64,000 bases of DNA from a virus. Its lineage: Duplodnaviria; Caudoviricetes. The notes under the pieces are model-generated. The model had not been told where the DNA came from. It did no database searches and saw nothing but the letters and a program-made list of their open reading frames with translations. The DNA lies in IMG/VR virus record IMGVR_UViG_2595698668_000001, positions 64,001-128,000 of that record; one strand, written 5' to 3'. A program made the position numbers and the translations under genes. How positions within the stretch are numbered: the first letter of the stretch is position 1; every line of letters starts with the position of its first letter. This document shows positions 45,810 to 54,642 of the stretch, piece after piece.

Positions 45810-46837
45810 GAGTTGTTCGCTTCTATGAAAAGACGGCTGGCGTATTTCATTGCATGTTCACGCTCTTTCTCATCAAGATCCATAGAGTTAATATATTCCT
45901 TGATTAGGATATCAATTGTCTTGACTTCAAGATCTTTTTCGTCCGCATCGTCAATAGCACCTGAAAAATCTTCCAAGTTCTTTTGAGACAATTTTTCTAC
46001 CACGGATTCAAGCGCGGTAAGAGTAGCATCTAGTTCTTTATCAGATTTATGGATTACCAGCATAACACATTTATCCGTGTACATGCTAACATCTTTTTTA
46101 TCCACATCTTCATAATTTACCTTGACATGCCACATGTTTTCGTTTGCGACGAATTCAAGTTCCTCGGTATCTGTATCGAACACATAGAAGCCCCGAACAT
46201 CATTACAATCGTTCATGGTAATCGTGTATGGGGTTCCAAGGTAATGGACGTTACCCTTTTTACTGGCGGTGTGATAATGACCGGAAAATGCAGTTTTATA
46301 CTTACTCAGGAACTCTTTATCCTCTCCATGAATGGCGGGGATACCAGAATAAAAGTCAAACCCCATCAGCTCCCAGTGACCCATAGAATATTGAGATGCA
46401 CTATTCTTGATGAACTCGCGGATCTGTTCTTTGTTTTCTTTACATTCCCAAGGGATCATATCAAACATCAGAGAACCAAGCAAAATGGTGGTTGGTTCAT
46501 TATAAATCTTGAACAGTGGATCATGACCAAAGTTTTCATGAACGGAGTTAGGCATAACCGAGTTTTTATAATGACAATCGTGGTTGCCCGGTATCACATG
46601 AATGGTATCAAATGCTTCTACAAGCATAGGTCGAATTTCTTCACGCATAAAGCGCAATGTTTCCTGAGTTACACCGCTCCGCACATCAAACCAGTCCCCG
46701 GCTTGAAGAAGTACACGGATCCCATTTTCTTTTGCATAATCACACATCTGTTTAAAAAACAGCTTCTGTGCTTTCTGGATATATGGACTGTCCTTGGCTT
46801 CTCCCAAATGGGTATCACCACACTTTATAGTCTTCAT
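45806..46837 (-). CDS. 47: recombination endonuclease subunit (Mre11-like)
   Basis: GDTHLG, GDWFD, GNHD, GHWE, SGHYH. Confidence 0.96.
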   Translation of the reverse strand: MKTIKCGDTHLGEAKDSPYIQKAQKLFFKQMCDYAKENGIRVLLQAGDWFDVRSGVTQETLRFMREEIRPMLVEAFDTIHVIPGNHDCHYKNSVMPNSVHENFGHDPLFKIYNEPTTILLGSLMFDMIPWECKENKEQIREFIKNSASQYSMGHWELMGFDFYSGIPAIHGEDKEFLSKYKTAFSGHYHTASKKGNVHYLGTPYTITMNDCNDVRGFYVFDTDTEELEFVANENMWHVKVNYEDVDKKDVSMYTDKCVMLVIHKSDKELDATLTALESVVEKLSQKNLEDFSGAIDDADEKDLEVKTIDILIKEYINSMDLDEKEREHAMKYASRLFIEANNS

Positions 46838-46852
46838 TTTAACCTCATAATC

Positions 46853-46881
46853 AAAAAGACCCACCCGGTTTGGATGGGTCT
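46853..46881 (-). terminator. rho-independent terminator
   Basis: AGACCCATCC-aaac-CGGGTGGGTCTTTTT. Confidence 0.7.
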
Positions 46882-46890
46882 GGTGGTTCA

Positions 46891-47280
46891 TTAAGCTGCA
46901 CATACTGGGGTTGTTTTACCCTCAGACCGTGGCACTAGGTATGTTTCTTGTTCAGCTTGTTTGAAAGCATCGAACAGAATTTTATCTGTTTGTTGTTTCG
47001 AAGTCAAGTACAGAGTTTCGAGAGTTTCACGGTCCAGTCTTGGTTGCTGTGAGATAAAACGAAGTTTCTCAATGGAATAGATATAACCTTCTTTATTCGC
47101 AGTGATCAGACAGTCGCGAGCATGGGAACTAAGACGTTTGATTTCTTTTTCATGCTTCTTATAGTGTTTCTTCGCCAACTTCTCTACCATCTTTTGTTGA
47201 TATTCAGTCAGTTTTACACCAGAGTTATTTTCTTCAATAACTTCATCTACTACAGTAGACAATTCTTGTTGTTCATTCAT
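46891..47280 (-). CDS. a-gt.4: a-gt.4-like conserved protein
   Basis: KHEKEIKRL..HA......NKEGYIYSIEKLR; synteny downstream of 55. Confidence 0.75.
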   Translation of the reverse strand: MNEQQELSTVVDEVIEENNSGVKLTEYQQKMVEKLAKKHYKKHEKEIKRLSSHARDCLITANKEGYIYSIEKLRFISQQPRLDRETLETLYLTSKQQTDKILFDAFKQAEQETYLVPRSEGKTTPVCAA

Positions 47281-47539
47281 CGAATTTATATTCCAGTTTT
47301 ATATTGTCAGTTGATTCTGTTTTAATTATACCATGAACAAGAGATGGTTTTGGATTATGTGGGTTTGTATAGTCGAAATCGATTGGAAACCCAGAACTTT
47401 TCAATTCCACCATCAGGATATATTGCATTGCTTTTATGTCGTATTCACTATATTCAAGTAAATCAAGAAGATCAATTGTCAGGTAACGTTTCATTGTCGT
47501 CATCCTCTTGATTTTCTTCGTAATCATATAGCCAATCAA
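47273..47539 (-). CDS. hypothetical protein
   Basis: ORF between 55 and a-gt.4; start probably internal. Confidence 0.55.
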   Translation of the reverse strand: MIGYMITKKIKRMTTMKRYLTIDLLDLLEYSEYDIKAMQYILMVELKSSGFPIDFDYTNPHNPKPSLVHGIIKTESTDNIKLEYKFDE

Positions 47540-48023
47540 GTTCTCCGACTTGTTCTTCTTTTTCTTTATCTGCTTTCTTTATAGATTCTTCATATTCGTT
47601 GACTTTACCAACCAAGTCAAGATAAAAATCCGGGTCTACCATTTCAGCCATATCGTCGTCGTCTGAATCATAAACACATTCAACGAAATATCGGTTTTTG
47701 GTAGCTTCCTTTTTCTTCTCTCTCTTTAGTTCGTCAAAGAATGCCCGCATTGCAATCATTGTAACATAAGCGTGGGCATTACCAAAGGACTTTTCGTCAA
47801 ATTTATGGATTTTTCTGATAAGGATCTCTTGCGCTTCGAGTACAAGGTTTTCTTTCCATATCGGGGTCATTCGTCTAAATCTATAATACTCTGTACATCC
47901 TTGTACAATATTCATTATTGCTTCGCCGAGAGAATCAGACATTTTTTTCGTTGGGTCTTCTCGGTCTTTTTTCCACTGAACTATATCAGCAATCAGTTTT
48001 TGATTATCTACGTATACAGCCAT
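47472..48023 (-). CDS. 55: late-transcription sigma factor
   Basis: YVDNQKL, LGEAIM, FDEK..NAHAYVT, VYDSDDDDM. Confidence 0.95.
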   Translation of the reverse strand: MAVYVDNQKLIADIVQWKKDREDPTKKMSDSLGEAIMNIVQGCTEYYRFRRMTPIWKENLVLEAQEILIRKIHKFDEKSFGNAHAYVTMIAMRAFFDELKREKKKEATKNRYFVECVYDSDDDDMAEMVDPDFYLDLVGKVNEYEESIKKADKEKEEQVGELDWLYDYEENQEDDDNETLPDN

Positions 48024-48075
48024 TATTACACCTCATCGTTTTATGATTTATTATAACACACAGTATGCATGTTTT

Positions 48076-49530
48076 TTATTTTGATTTACGACGGGTGGAA
48101 ATCCAATCAGAAACCAAAGCAATATCGGTTGGTTCCAAGACAGATAATTTACGTCCGATCTGCTTTTGATAATATGACAATGCGGATTGCTCTTTATTAT
48201 CAAGACCGAATATAGATTTAAAACTCTCTTTCCTAGCTCTTGGGGTAGTTTCTTTCTTTCTTGGTTTTCTTTCCTTTTCTGCGAAAATCATCAATGAACA
48301 ATCGATATTTGCATCCGGAAGATACTTATTCTTGAGATATTCTGCAACCCTCATATCAGGAACAATAAGCCTAACCGGAGACATACTTTTATTATTTCGA
48401 ATGTCGGTTCTCAAACAAAGTTGGAAAGCTGGCTCTAGATATTTCGAAACCAAGAATGCGTTTGTCAGATGGTCTACATCCAGACCCTGATTATAACTCA
48501 GAGACTTCAACAACTCCAACTGCCATGGGCTTGGGTTATAAGAGAATAACGCAACCGCAGTTGAAAAGTTCATATAGTTGTTCATCCCATGTGGGTTATA
48601 TGGGATCTTAGTCCCACCATTCAATGGACCTCTATATGAGTTTGTTGTGTATATGTAATTAACTGGACCAACCACATTATAAACAATATCCTTGACTTTG
48701 TTGTATACAGTCTCACCACCAATTTCTATATCGGACGCATATCTTGACCAATTCCCATCATACATAGGTATGATCTCGATTCGTTGAGTGTTCTTATAGT
48801 TTCTGAAATCCAAATCTGAAACCAAAGGACTTTCTACAAATTCCCAACCTGCATATTCTTTAAGAACAACCCCAGTAAACGTTTCTCGAAAATTTGCACA
48901 AGCAATCGTGATTTTTGTAAACAATTCCCATGATTGGGTACTCATATCTTCAACAAAATAAGCACAGCTATCCTTAATAATCACCGGTATGTCGGTTAAT
49001 AGTGCTTTAACCAAAGGGAATACACTATTAGACACGACGTCTAGGTTATGCATACCATCCATAGCAATTTCTTCAAGAGTCTTTCTATGCTTTTCTACGA
49101 CGGTCATACGACCATTACTAGCAATATCACAATATCTTGAAACAACGTCGATGTTTGTCTTGAATTGAACCTGACGAAGATCGACCATATCAGGAACTTC
49201 ATCTATATAAAGCTCATGACCTTCAAATAAATCAAAATGTGGGAAGTTCATTAAAGCAGAATGGGTAATAAAAATAACCCGATATTTCCCAATAGATTCC
49301 TTTATAGAATCATAAACCGATGCCCGTTTTTTAATATTATCAGTATCTAAGATGATTGCGTTATCATAACCAAGGGTCATTGTAAAGAAATCGTAAGATT
49401 GCTTAGATAGCTGACAGGAAATTGACGCAATAATGGTCGGTTTTCTACTCCGACCAACATGTTTTAGAATTGCTTTTGTTTTTCCACTACCGGGGACCGA
49501 TGTCAAAACCTCAACGTTTAGCGATCCCAT
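48076..49530 (-). CDS. SF2 helicase-like protein
   Basis: SVPGSGKT, FITH, YIDEVP, QLCLRTDIR. Confidence 0.75.
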   Translation of the reverse strand: MGSLNVEVLTSVPGSGKTKAILKHVGRSRKPTIIASISCQLSKQSYDFFTMTLGYDNAIILDTDNIKKRASVYDSIKESIGKYRVIFITHSALMNFPHFDLFEGHELYIDEVPDMVDLRQVQFKTNIDVVSRYCDIASNGRMTVVEKHRKTLEEIAMDGMHNLDVVSNSVFPLVKALLTDIPVIIKDSCAYFVEDMSTQSWELFTKITIACANFRETFTGVVLKEYAGWEFVESPLVSDLDFRNYKNTQRIEIIPMYDGNWSRYASDIEIGGETVYNKVKDIVYNVVGPVNYIYTTNSYRGPLNGGTKIPYNPHGMNNYMNFSTAVALFSYNPSPWQLELLKSLSYNQGLDVDHLTNAFLVSKYLEPAFQLCLRTDIRNNKSMSPVRLIVPDMRVAEYLKNKYLPDANIDCSLMIFAEKERKPRKKETTPRARKESFKSIFGLDNKEQSALSYYQKQIGRKLSVLEPTDIALVSDWISTRRKSK

Positions 49531-49786
49531 TATCAACTCCAAAAGACTCCGCGCCATATACCTCAAGAATGTATCCAACCGCAATTTCGCGTAACTTGTT
49601 CTTGTGGATATTTCCAATATGTGCAGTTTCTTTTGCCATGAAGTTAACAATAACGTCTAGGAATTTTTCAGTAACAATATTTTTATTTTCGATTCGAACT
49701 TCTACACTTTCTACAATGTGTCGCTTGCACAAGTTCTGGATACTAATATAATTTTCACGAGTCAATTTCATTTTGCTTTCCATCAT
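49511..49786 (-). CDS. hypothetical protein
   Basis: 91 aa ORF in operon. Confidence 0.55.
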   Translation of the reverse strand: MMESKMKLTRENYISIQNLCKRHIVESVEVRIENKNIVTEKFLDVIVNFMAKETAHIGNIHKNKLREIAVGYILEVYGAESFGVDNGIAKR

Positions 49787-50360
49787 GCTTATTTTTTATG
49801 TTCTTTTCAACAAGATTCCAATAACGATACCCAAGTTTCCTGAGAGACTTGTCATAGTCTTCTTGTGAAGATTTATTACCATGAAGACGTTTGGCGTCTT
49901 TAATTACTCTAAATTGATATTTTTGATTATGTCTATTGACAGTTTCTATATACATCAATCCGGCAAAGGTAGGTATTTCTTCCGGGGTTATCAATCCATA
50001 TGGAACAATATACCAGAAATAGTTGAGAAGTCTACCTTTTTCTAGTGCTTCATATTTGGTCATCTCTTCAAGGTCGGCTTTGTATCTTCTACCGTTATCT
50101 CTTTCAGGCCAAATTTCAACCATTTTCTTAGCGTCGTTCTTGAAATCGGCTCTACTGATCTTGATCTCAAACTCGTCCCGAAACCCGCTTTTCCTAAAGG
50201 CCAACAAATCAGCTTCTAGATCACTGGTGTAAAAGCAGTTTGGTACTATTAGGTCATACTTCTTCTGCATTGGGAAATATGTCCCAAAATATCCCTGTAT
50301 ATCACTTTCGGTCAGTTTCTCTTTTACTTCCCGGTCTTGTTCTTTTCTAATGATCGCCAT
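49755..50360 (-). CDS. PD-(D/E)xK nuclease-like protein (MmcB-like)
   Basis: EADLL...EFEIKISRADFKND...NYFWYIVP...FAGL. Confidence 0.75.
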   Translation of the reverse strand: MAIIRKEQDREVKEKLTESDIQGYFGTYFPMQKKYDLIVPNCFYTSDLEADLLAFRKSGFRDEFEIKISRADFKNDAKKMVEIWPERDNGRRYKADLEEMTKYEALEKGRLLNYFWYIVPYGLITPEEIPTFAGLMYIETVNRHNQKYQFRVIKDAKRLHGNKSSQEDYDKSLRKLGYRYWNLVEKNIKNKHDGKQNEIDS

Positions 50361-50628
50361 ATAAGTCCCTTAGTTGTTTCAGAGACCCAATATATCGACC
50401 ATCAACAAATATTCTAGGAAATGATGTCGGACGATACGGAAGATTTGCTCTGGTTTTTATTTCATCAAATTTTTCGATTATATAATCAAACCCCAAACTA
50501 TTATTAGATTTAGAAAGAACGGGTATGAGTTCATATTCATACCCGTTTTCGATACAAAATCTAATAGAGTCGATACAACCGGCGCATTTTGCAATATCTT
50601 CCGGAACTCCATAGATTTCAACAAACAT
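50347..50628 (-). CDS. nrdH: glutaredoxin
   Basis: VEIYGVPE..KCAGC, FPRIFVDG. Confidence 0.8.
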   Translation of the reverse strand: MFVEIYGVPEDIAKCAGCIDSIRFCIENGYEYELIPVLSKSNNSLGFDYIIEKFDEIKTRANLPYRPTSFPRIFVDGRYIGSLKQLRDLYGDH

Positions 50629-50852
50629 TACAGTTCACCCCTCATAGCAAACCCGTTTCGCAATGCAGAATGCCAAGAGACGAGTCTAGGAATATCCTCA
50701 TTAGATGGATAGTTTTTATTCATATGGTGGATAATCAATTCCAATGTATTAAGGTCAATAAGTTTAAATTTGCGACCATAAAAGAAAGAAAACACACTGT
50801 CATATGTCAGTTTAGAGTAATTTAGGTTTGGTAGAATGATATCAGAATTCAT
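50628..50852 (-). CDS. hypothetical protein
   Basis: 74 aa, coupled. Confidence 0.55.
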   Translation of the reverse strand: MNSDIILPNLNYSKLTYDSVFSFFYGRKFKLIDLNTLELIIHHMNKNYPSNEDIPRLVSWHSALRNGFAMRGEL

Positions 50853-51111
50853 AATTTCTCAACTCATCAAAGCCACCAATAAGAACATCACCAATGAAAA
50901 TTTGTGGCATGGTGAAACCGGTAATTTCAAGACCAAGTGCTTTACGTCGTTCCCCGAGTTCCTTCTTATTGGAACGAGATTCCTCTGATGTACCGGTTTT
51001 TAGAATTGGTTTGAAAACATAATCAAGCTTTTTCGTATCTGCAAATTTTTTCGCTTTGATGCACGGGACACATTTGTAATTATCAGGGTCGAAACCAAAA
51101 ATGGTAATCAT
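50842..51111 (-). CDS. nrdC: glutaredoxin (T4 thioredoxin)
   Basis: FGFD...KCVPC, TMPQIF...IGGFDELR. Confidence 0.85.
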   Translation of the reverse strand: MITIFGFDPDNYKCVPCIKAKKFADTKKLDYVFKPILKTGTSEESRSNKKELGERRKALGLEITGFTMPQIFIGDVLIGGFDELRNYEF

Positions 51112-51112
51112 T

Positions 51113-51586
51113 TTATTTTTCCTTATTGAGTAGATGTATAATTTGATTAGACGAACCTCGCCATTTAAGATCTGGGTCTTTCTTATCTTCTTCAAATTTC
51201 CCATCGATTAGTACGTCTATGAACCTGATTATACCACACATGGATACATCTTTTGAGATTTCATCTTTTGTATACCCTGTCCACATCCAGATCGTTTTTT
51301 CGGGATATTTATCTTTGAACCAAGCAACGAATCTAAGAACCCCACCACGATTCTTGTGAAATAAAGGGTCTCCACCCAGCAAGGAGATGCCATCCCGCTT
51401 TATAATTGGGTCGTTCATGTCATTGTCAACTAGTTTATAAATGTCAATGTCAGACCCATTATCATAATTCCAAGTGTTTTTTGAGAAGCAACCTTTACAC
51501 ATATGGTCGCAACCAGAGAACCAAATTGAAGAACGGGTTCCAAACCCGTTCACCACATCAACCGACTTATAGTCAATAATTTTCAT
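51113..51586 (-). CDS. nrdG: anaerobic RNR activase
   Basis: DVVNG.G.R, CDHMCKGC, GGDPL, RGSSNQ. Confidence 0.95.
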   Translation of the reverse strand: MKIIDYKSVDVVNGFGTRSSIWFSGCDHMCKGCFSKNTWNYDNGSDIDIYKLVDNDMNDPIIKRDGISLLGGDPLFHKNRGGVLRFVAWFKDKYPEKTIWMWTGYTKDEISKDVSMCGIIRFIDVLIDGKFEEDKKDPDLKWRGSSNQIIHLLNKEK

Positions 51587-53412
51587 AGATGTTTTACCCT
51601 TCTGATGGATTCTTTATGTTTACCTTCGTTCAACGGACGTTTTTCTACATCACCAAGATATCCACAAACTCTACGCTTAACATCCAATTTACTACCGTCA
51701 TGGTTCCCACATGATGGACATTCATAACCCTTGGATGTAGGAACCATTTCCCCATGATAACCACAATCAAAACACTGGTCGATTGGGGTATTTGTCCCAT
51801 AATAAGGGGTATTTTGATACGCAAAATCCCAAACATCTTCGAGTGCCTTTAAGTTATTTTTCATATTTGGAAATTCGCCATATGAAATAAAACCACCTTT
51901 CGAATATGTAATGAAATCTCGTTCAAACAGGATCTTGTGGTATGGGTCTGTTTTATACTCAACGTCAAGATGGAAACTATTCGTGTAATATCCTTTTTCA
52001 TGAACCATATGAGGATATTTCGTTTCGTCGATATCAACAAAACGCTTACAAAGAGATTCTGATGGTGTTCCATATAATGAAAATGCAAACCCAGTTTCAT
52101 CTGTCCACCGGTCTGTTATATATTTCATCTTTCGAAGAATTGAAATACAAAATTCTTTCTTTTCTTCATTTCCGAAAATATGAGAATCGTCATTGAATTT
52201 CACAATTTCACTTACTTCATGCAAACCAATATATCCACAGGAAACGGAAGAACGTCCGTTTTGGAAAAGAGGATATATCTCATCATTTGCGTTTAAACGA
52301 GCTACTGCGCCATTCATATACAATATGGGGGCACACGATGCTTTAACACCTTTGAATCTCTCTATGCGCGACACAAGAGCTTTCTTCACCAATTCCATTC
52401 GTTCTTCAAGAAGGGCAAAGAACAATTTCTTATCTCCACCAACTTCTAGGGCGATCCTAGGGAGGTTCAGCGTTACAACTCCAAGATTTTGACGACCATT
52501 ATATTCATATTCACCATGCTCGTTTTTCCATGGATTTAGGTAACTTCTACATCCCATAGGGGAGACCAGTCCACCAGTAACCTTTACAACTTGATCATAG
52601 CTGATGATATCCGGATACATCCTTTTTGAGGAACACAGTAAGGCTTTCAGCTTAACATCATAGAAAGGATCAGATGGTTTAAGATTATGACCATCTTTAA
52701 GGATGAATACCAGTTTTGGAAATACAGGAGTTTCATTATCGGATCCAAGACCATCGATTCTAACTTGTAGAATTGTTTCTTGGATCAATTTGGCTTCCGG
52801 GGTATCCCCCAATCCGAAAGACAATGTGGTAAACGGGGTTTGTCCCTGTGAAGTACTTAATGAATTGATTTGATATTCCAGTGTTTGGATCGCATCATAT
52901 ACAATCTTTCTGATTTTATTTTCTACGTAGGAATGTTTGTCTGGGATTTTATAATAATCAGCTTCGTTACAAAGTTTGTCATAATCCATTTTCACATATT
53001 CAGCTAAGAGAATATCAATATCCGCGACAGTATTACCACCGTATATGTGATTAGCAACAGAGCATATGATCTGAGAAATGAGGGTAGTTGCTGTTTTAAT
53101 GTTCTTAGGTTTACTGATCTTAGCACTAGACATAGTGAACCCTTTATCGAACATATCCTTTACGTTGATCAACATACAATTAAAGAACGGTAGGAGAGGA
53201 CTATATCCAAGATCATGATAGTGGATGATACCTTCATTGTGTGCTTCCAGAACATCAACCGGAATAAATTCTTTTGCAAATTCTTTACTAACAGCAGAAG
53301 CAAGCGCATCTCTCTTCGTCACGAATATTTTCAGATCTTTATTTGCATTTTCTTTAGCCAAACCAGACGAAGAATCGTGAACAATTTCCATTACTTCTTT
53401 ATAAAGATTCAT
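51583..53412 (-). CDS. nrdD: anaerobic ribonucleoside-triphosphate reductase
   Basis: HYHDL, PMGCRS, GRQNLGVVTLNLPR, RVCGYL. Confidence 0.97.
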   Translation of the reverse strand: MNLYKEVMEIVHDSSSGLAKENANKDLKIFVTKRDALASAVSKEFAKEFIPVDVLEAHNEGIIHYHDLGYSPLLPFFNCMLINVKDMFDKGFTMSSAKISKPKNIKTATTLISQIICSVANHIYGGNTVADIDILLAEYVKMDYDKLCNEADYYKIPDKHSYVENKIRKIVYDAIQTLEYQINSLSTSQGQTPFTTLSFGLGDTPEAKLIQETILQVRIDGLGSDNETPVFPKLVFILKDGHNLKPSDPFYDVKLKALLCSSKRMYPDIISYDQVVKVTGGLVSPMGCRSYLNPWKNEHGEYEYNGRQNLGVVTLNLPRIALEVGGDKKLFFALLEERMELVKKALVSRIERFKGVKASCAPILYMNGAVARLNANDEIYPLFQNGRSSVSCGYIGLHEVSEIVKFNDDSHIFGNEEKKEFCISILRKMKYITDRWTDETGFAFSLYGTPSESLCKRFVDIDETKYPHMVHEKGYYTNSFHLDVEYKTDPYHKILFERDFITYSKGGFISYGEFPNMKNNLKALEDVWDFAYQNTPYYGTNTPIDQCFDCGYHGEMVPTSKGYECPSCGNHDGSKLDVKRRVCGYLGDVEKRPLNEGKHKESIRRVKHL

Positions 53413-53440
53413 TTTACATACCTTTTCTTTTAAAAACAAG

Positions 53441-53466
53441 AAAGGGAACCAATCCGGTTCCCTTTT
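53441..53466. terminator. terminator-like hairpin between nrdB and nrdD
   Basis: aaagggaacc-aatcc-ggttcccttt. Confidence 0.75.
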
Positions 53467-53472
53467 ATCTAT

Positions 53473-54600
53473 TTATACATCAAGAGAAGCCAGTTTCTCT
53501 TTGCTCAAGTCAGCAACAACCGCAGACAGATATTCAGACACTTCCACCTCTTGGGGGGCAACCTGAACAGATTCAGAGTTCAGCCACTTAGTTACCCATG
53601 GCAGAGGGTTCTTTCTCTTCGCATACGAACTAGGGAGACCCGCTGCCCGCATTCGGTTATCAGAAAGATACTCGATATAATCGCACAGATTTTTAGCAGT
53701 AAGACCATTAAGAGCCTTATCACCAAAAAGGTAATTAGCCCATTCTTTTTCTTGGTCTACCACATCTTCAAAAATCTTAACCGCAATCGGTTCAAGCCGT
53801 TTCGCGATTTCTACCATCTCTGGGTCGTCTTTACCGCTTTGCCAGCGATGAAGGATAGTCTGGGTTGCCTTAAGGTGTACTGCTTCGTCACGGGCGATTA
53901 GACGCATGATCTTAGCACTACCTTCCATCATCCCAGTGAATTCTGGGAAAGAGAAGTTACAGACAAAACTAACATAGAACCGAATGGCTTCAAGTGCGTT
54001 AATTGTGTGGACACACAAATACAGGGCTTCTTTAAGCTTAGTCAGTTGTAGCTTTTGCAAACCCTCATCCATATTCATGATCCGCATTGCGGTGAGCATA
54101 TCGGATTCTTTTATAACATCGTCGTAATACTTGGTAATGGACTCAGCACGTTTCATGATCTGAGGGGTTAACATAACACCATCAAAAACAACGGTTGGGT
54201 CTGTATAAACGGCACGAACGATGTGGGTATATGAATCGCTATGAAGGTTACCTTCTGTCATTGTCCAAGCGGTAATGAAGTTCTCTAGAGTAACATCACT
54301 AACGTGAGGAAGCAATACCAAATTAGGCCCTCGACCTTGGATTGAGTCGAGTAGGGATTGAACAAACAGGTTCTGAGTGAAAACATGTTTGGCATGATCA
54401 GATAATTGCTGAAACTCGATAGTATCCTTACTAAGGTCTACCTCAGTTGGTCGCCAGAACAGGCTTAATTGACGGTCCATCAACTCATAGAAAGTTCTGG
54501 TGTTCATGGTATCAAATCGTTGTACGTTTGGAGACTCACCGAAGAACATATATTGTTTTGTGTGGTCGATAATTTCTTTATTGAAAACAGTTGAACTCAT
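53473..54600 (-). CDS. nrdB: class Ia RNR beta subunit
   Basis: FWRPTEV, LDSIQGR, EAIRFYVSF, IARDEAVH, VAPQEVE. Confidence 0.97.
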   Translation of the reverse strand: MSSTVFNKEIIDHTKQYMFFGESPNVQRFDTMNTRTFYELMDRQLSLFWRPTEVDLSKDTIEFQQLSDHAKHVFTQNLFVQSLLDSIQGRGPNLVLLPHVSDVTLENFITAWTMTEGNLHSDSYTHIVRAVYTDPTVVFDGVMLTPQIMKRAESITKYYDDVIKESDMLTAMRIMNMDEGLQKLQLTKLKEALYLCVHTINALEAIRFYVSFVCNFSFPEFTGMMEGSAKIMRLIARDEAVHLKATQTILHRWQSGKDDPEMVEIAKRLEPIAVKIFEDVVDQEKEWANYLFGDKALNGLTAKNLCDYIEYLSDNRMRAAGLPSSYAKRKNPLPWVTKWLNSESVQVAPQEVEVSEYLSAVVADLSKEKLASLDV

Positions 54601-54616
54601 TTTTTAAATCCTTGAG

Positions 54617-54635
54617 AAAAGGGGCTTTCGCCCCT
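54617..54635 (-). terminator. terminator between nrdA and nrdB
   Basis: AGGGGC-gaaa-GCCCCTTTT. Confidence 0.7.
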
Positions 54636-54642
54636 ACGAAAA

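Noticed and set aside
53470-53477. TATAAATA upstream of nrdD
   Set aside because: Formed by the last codon and stop of nrdB and immediately followed by a terminator-like hairpin; may be coincidental
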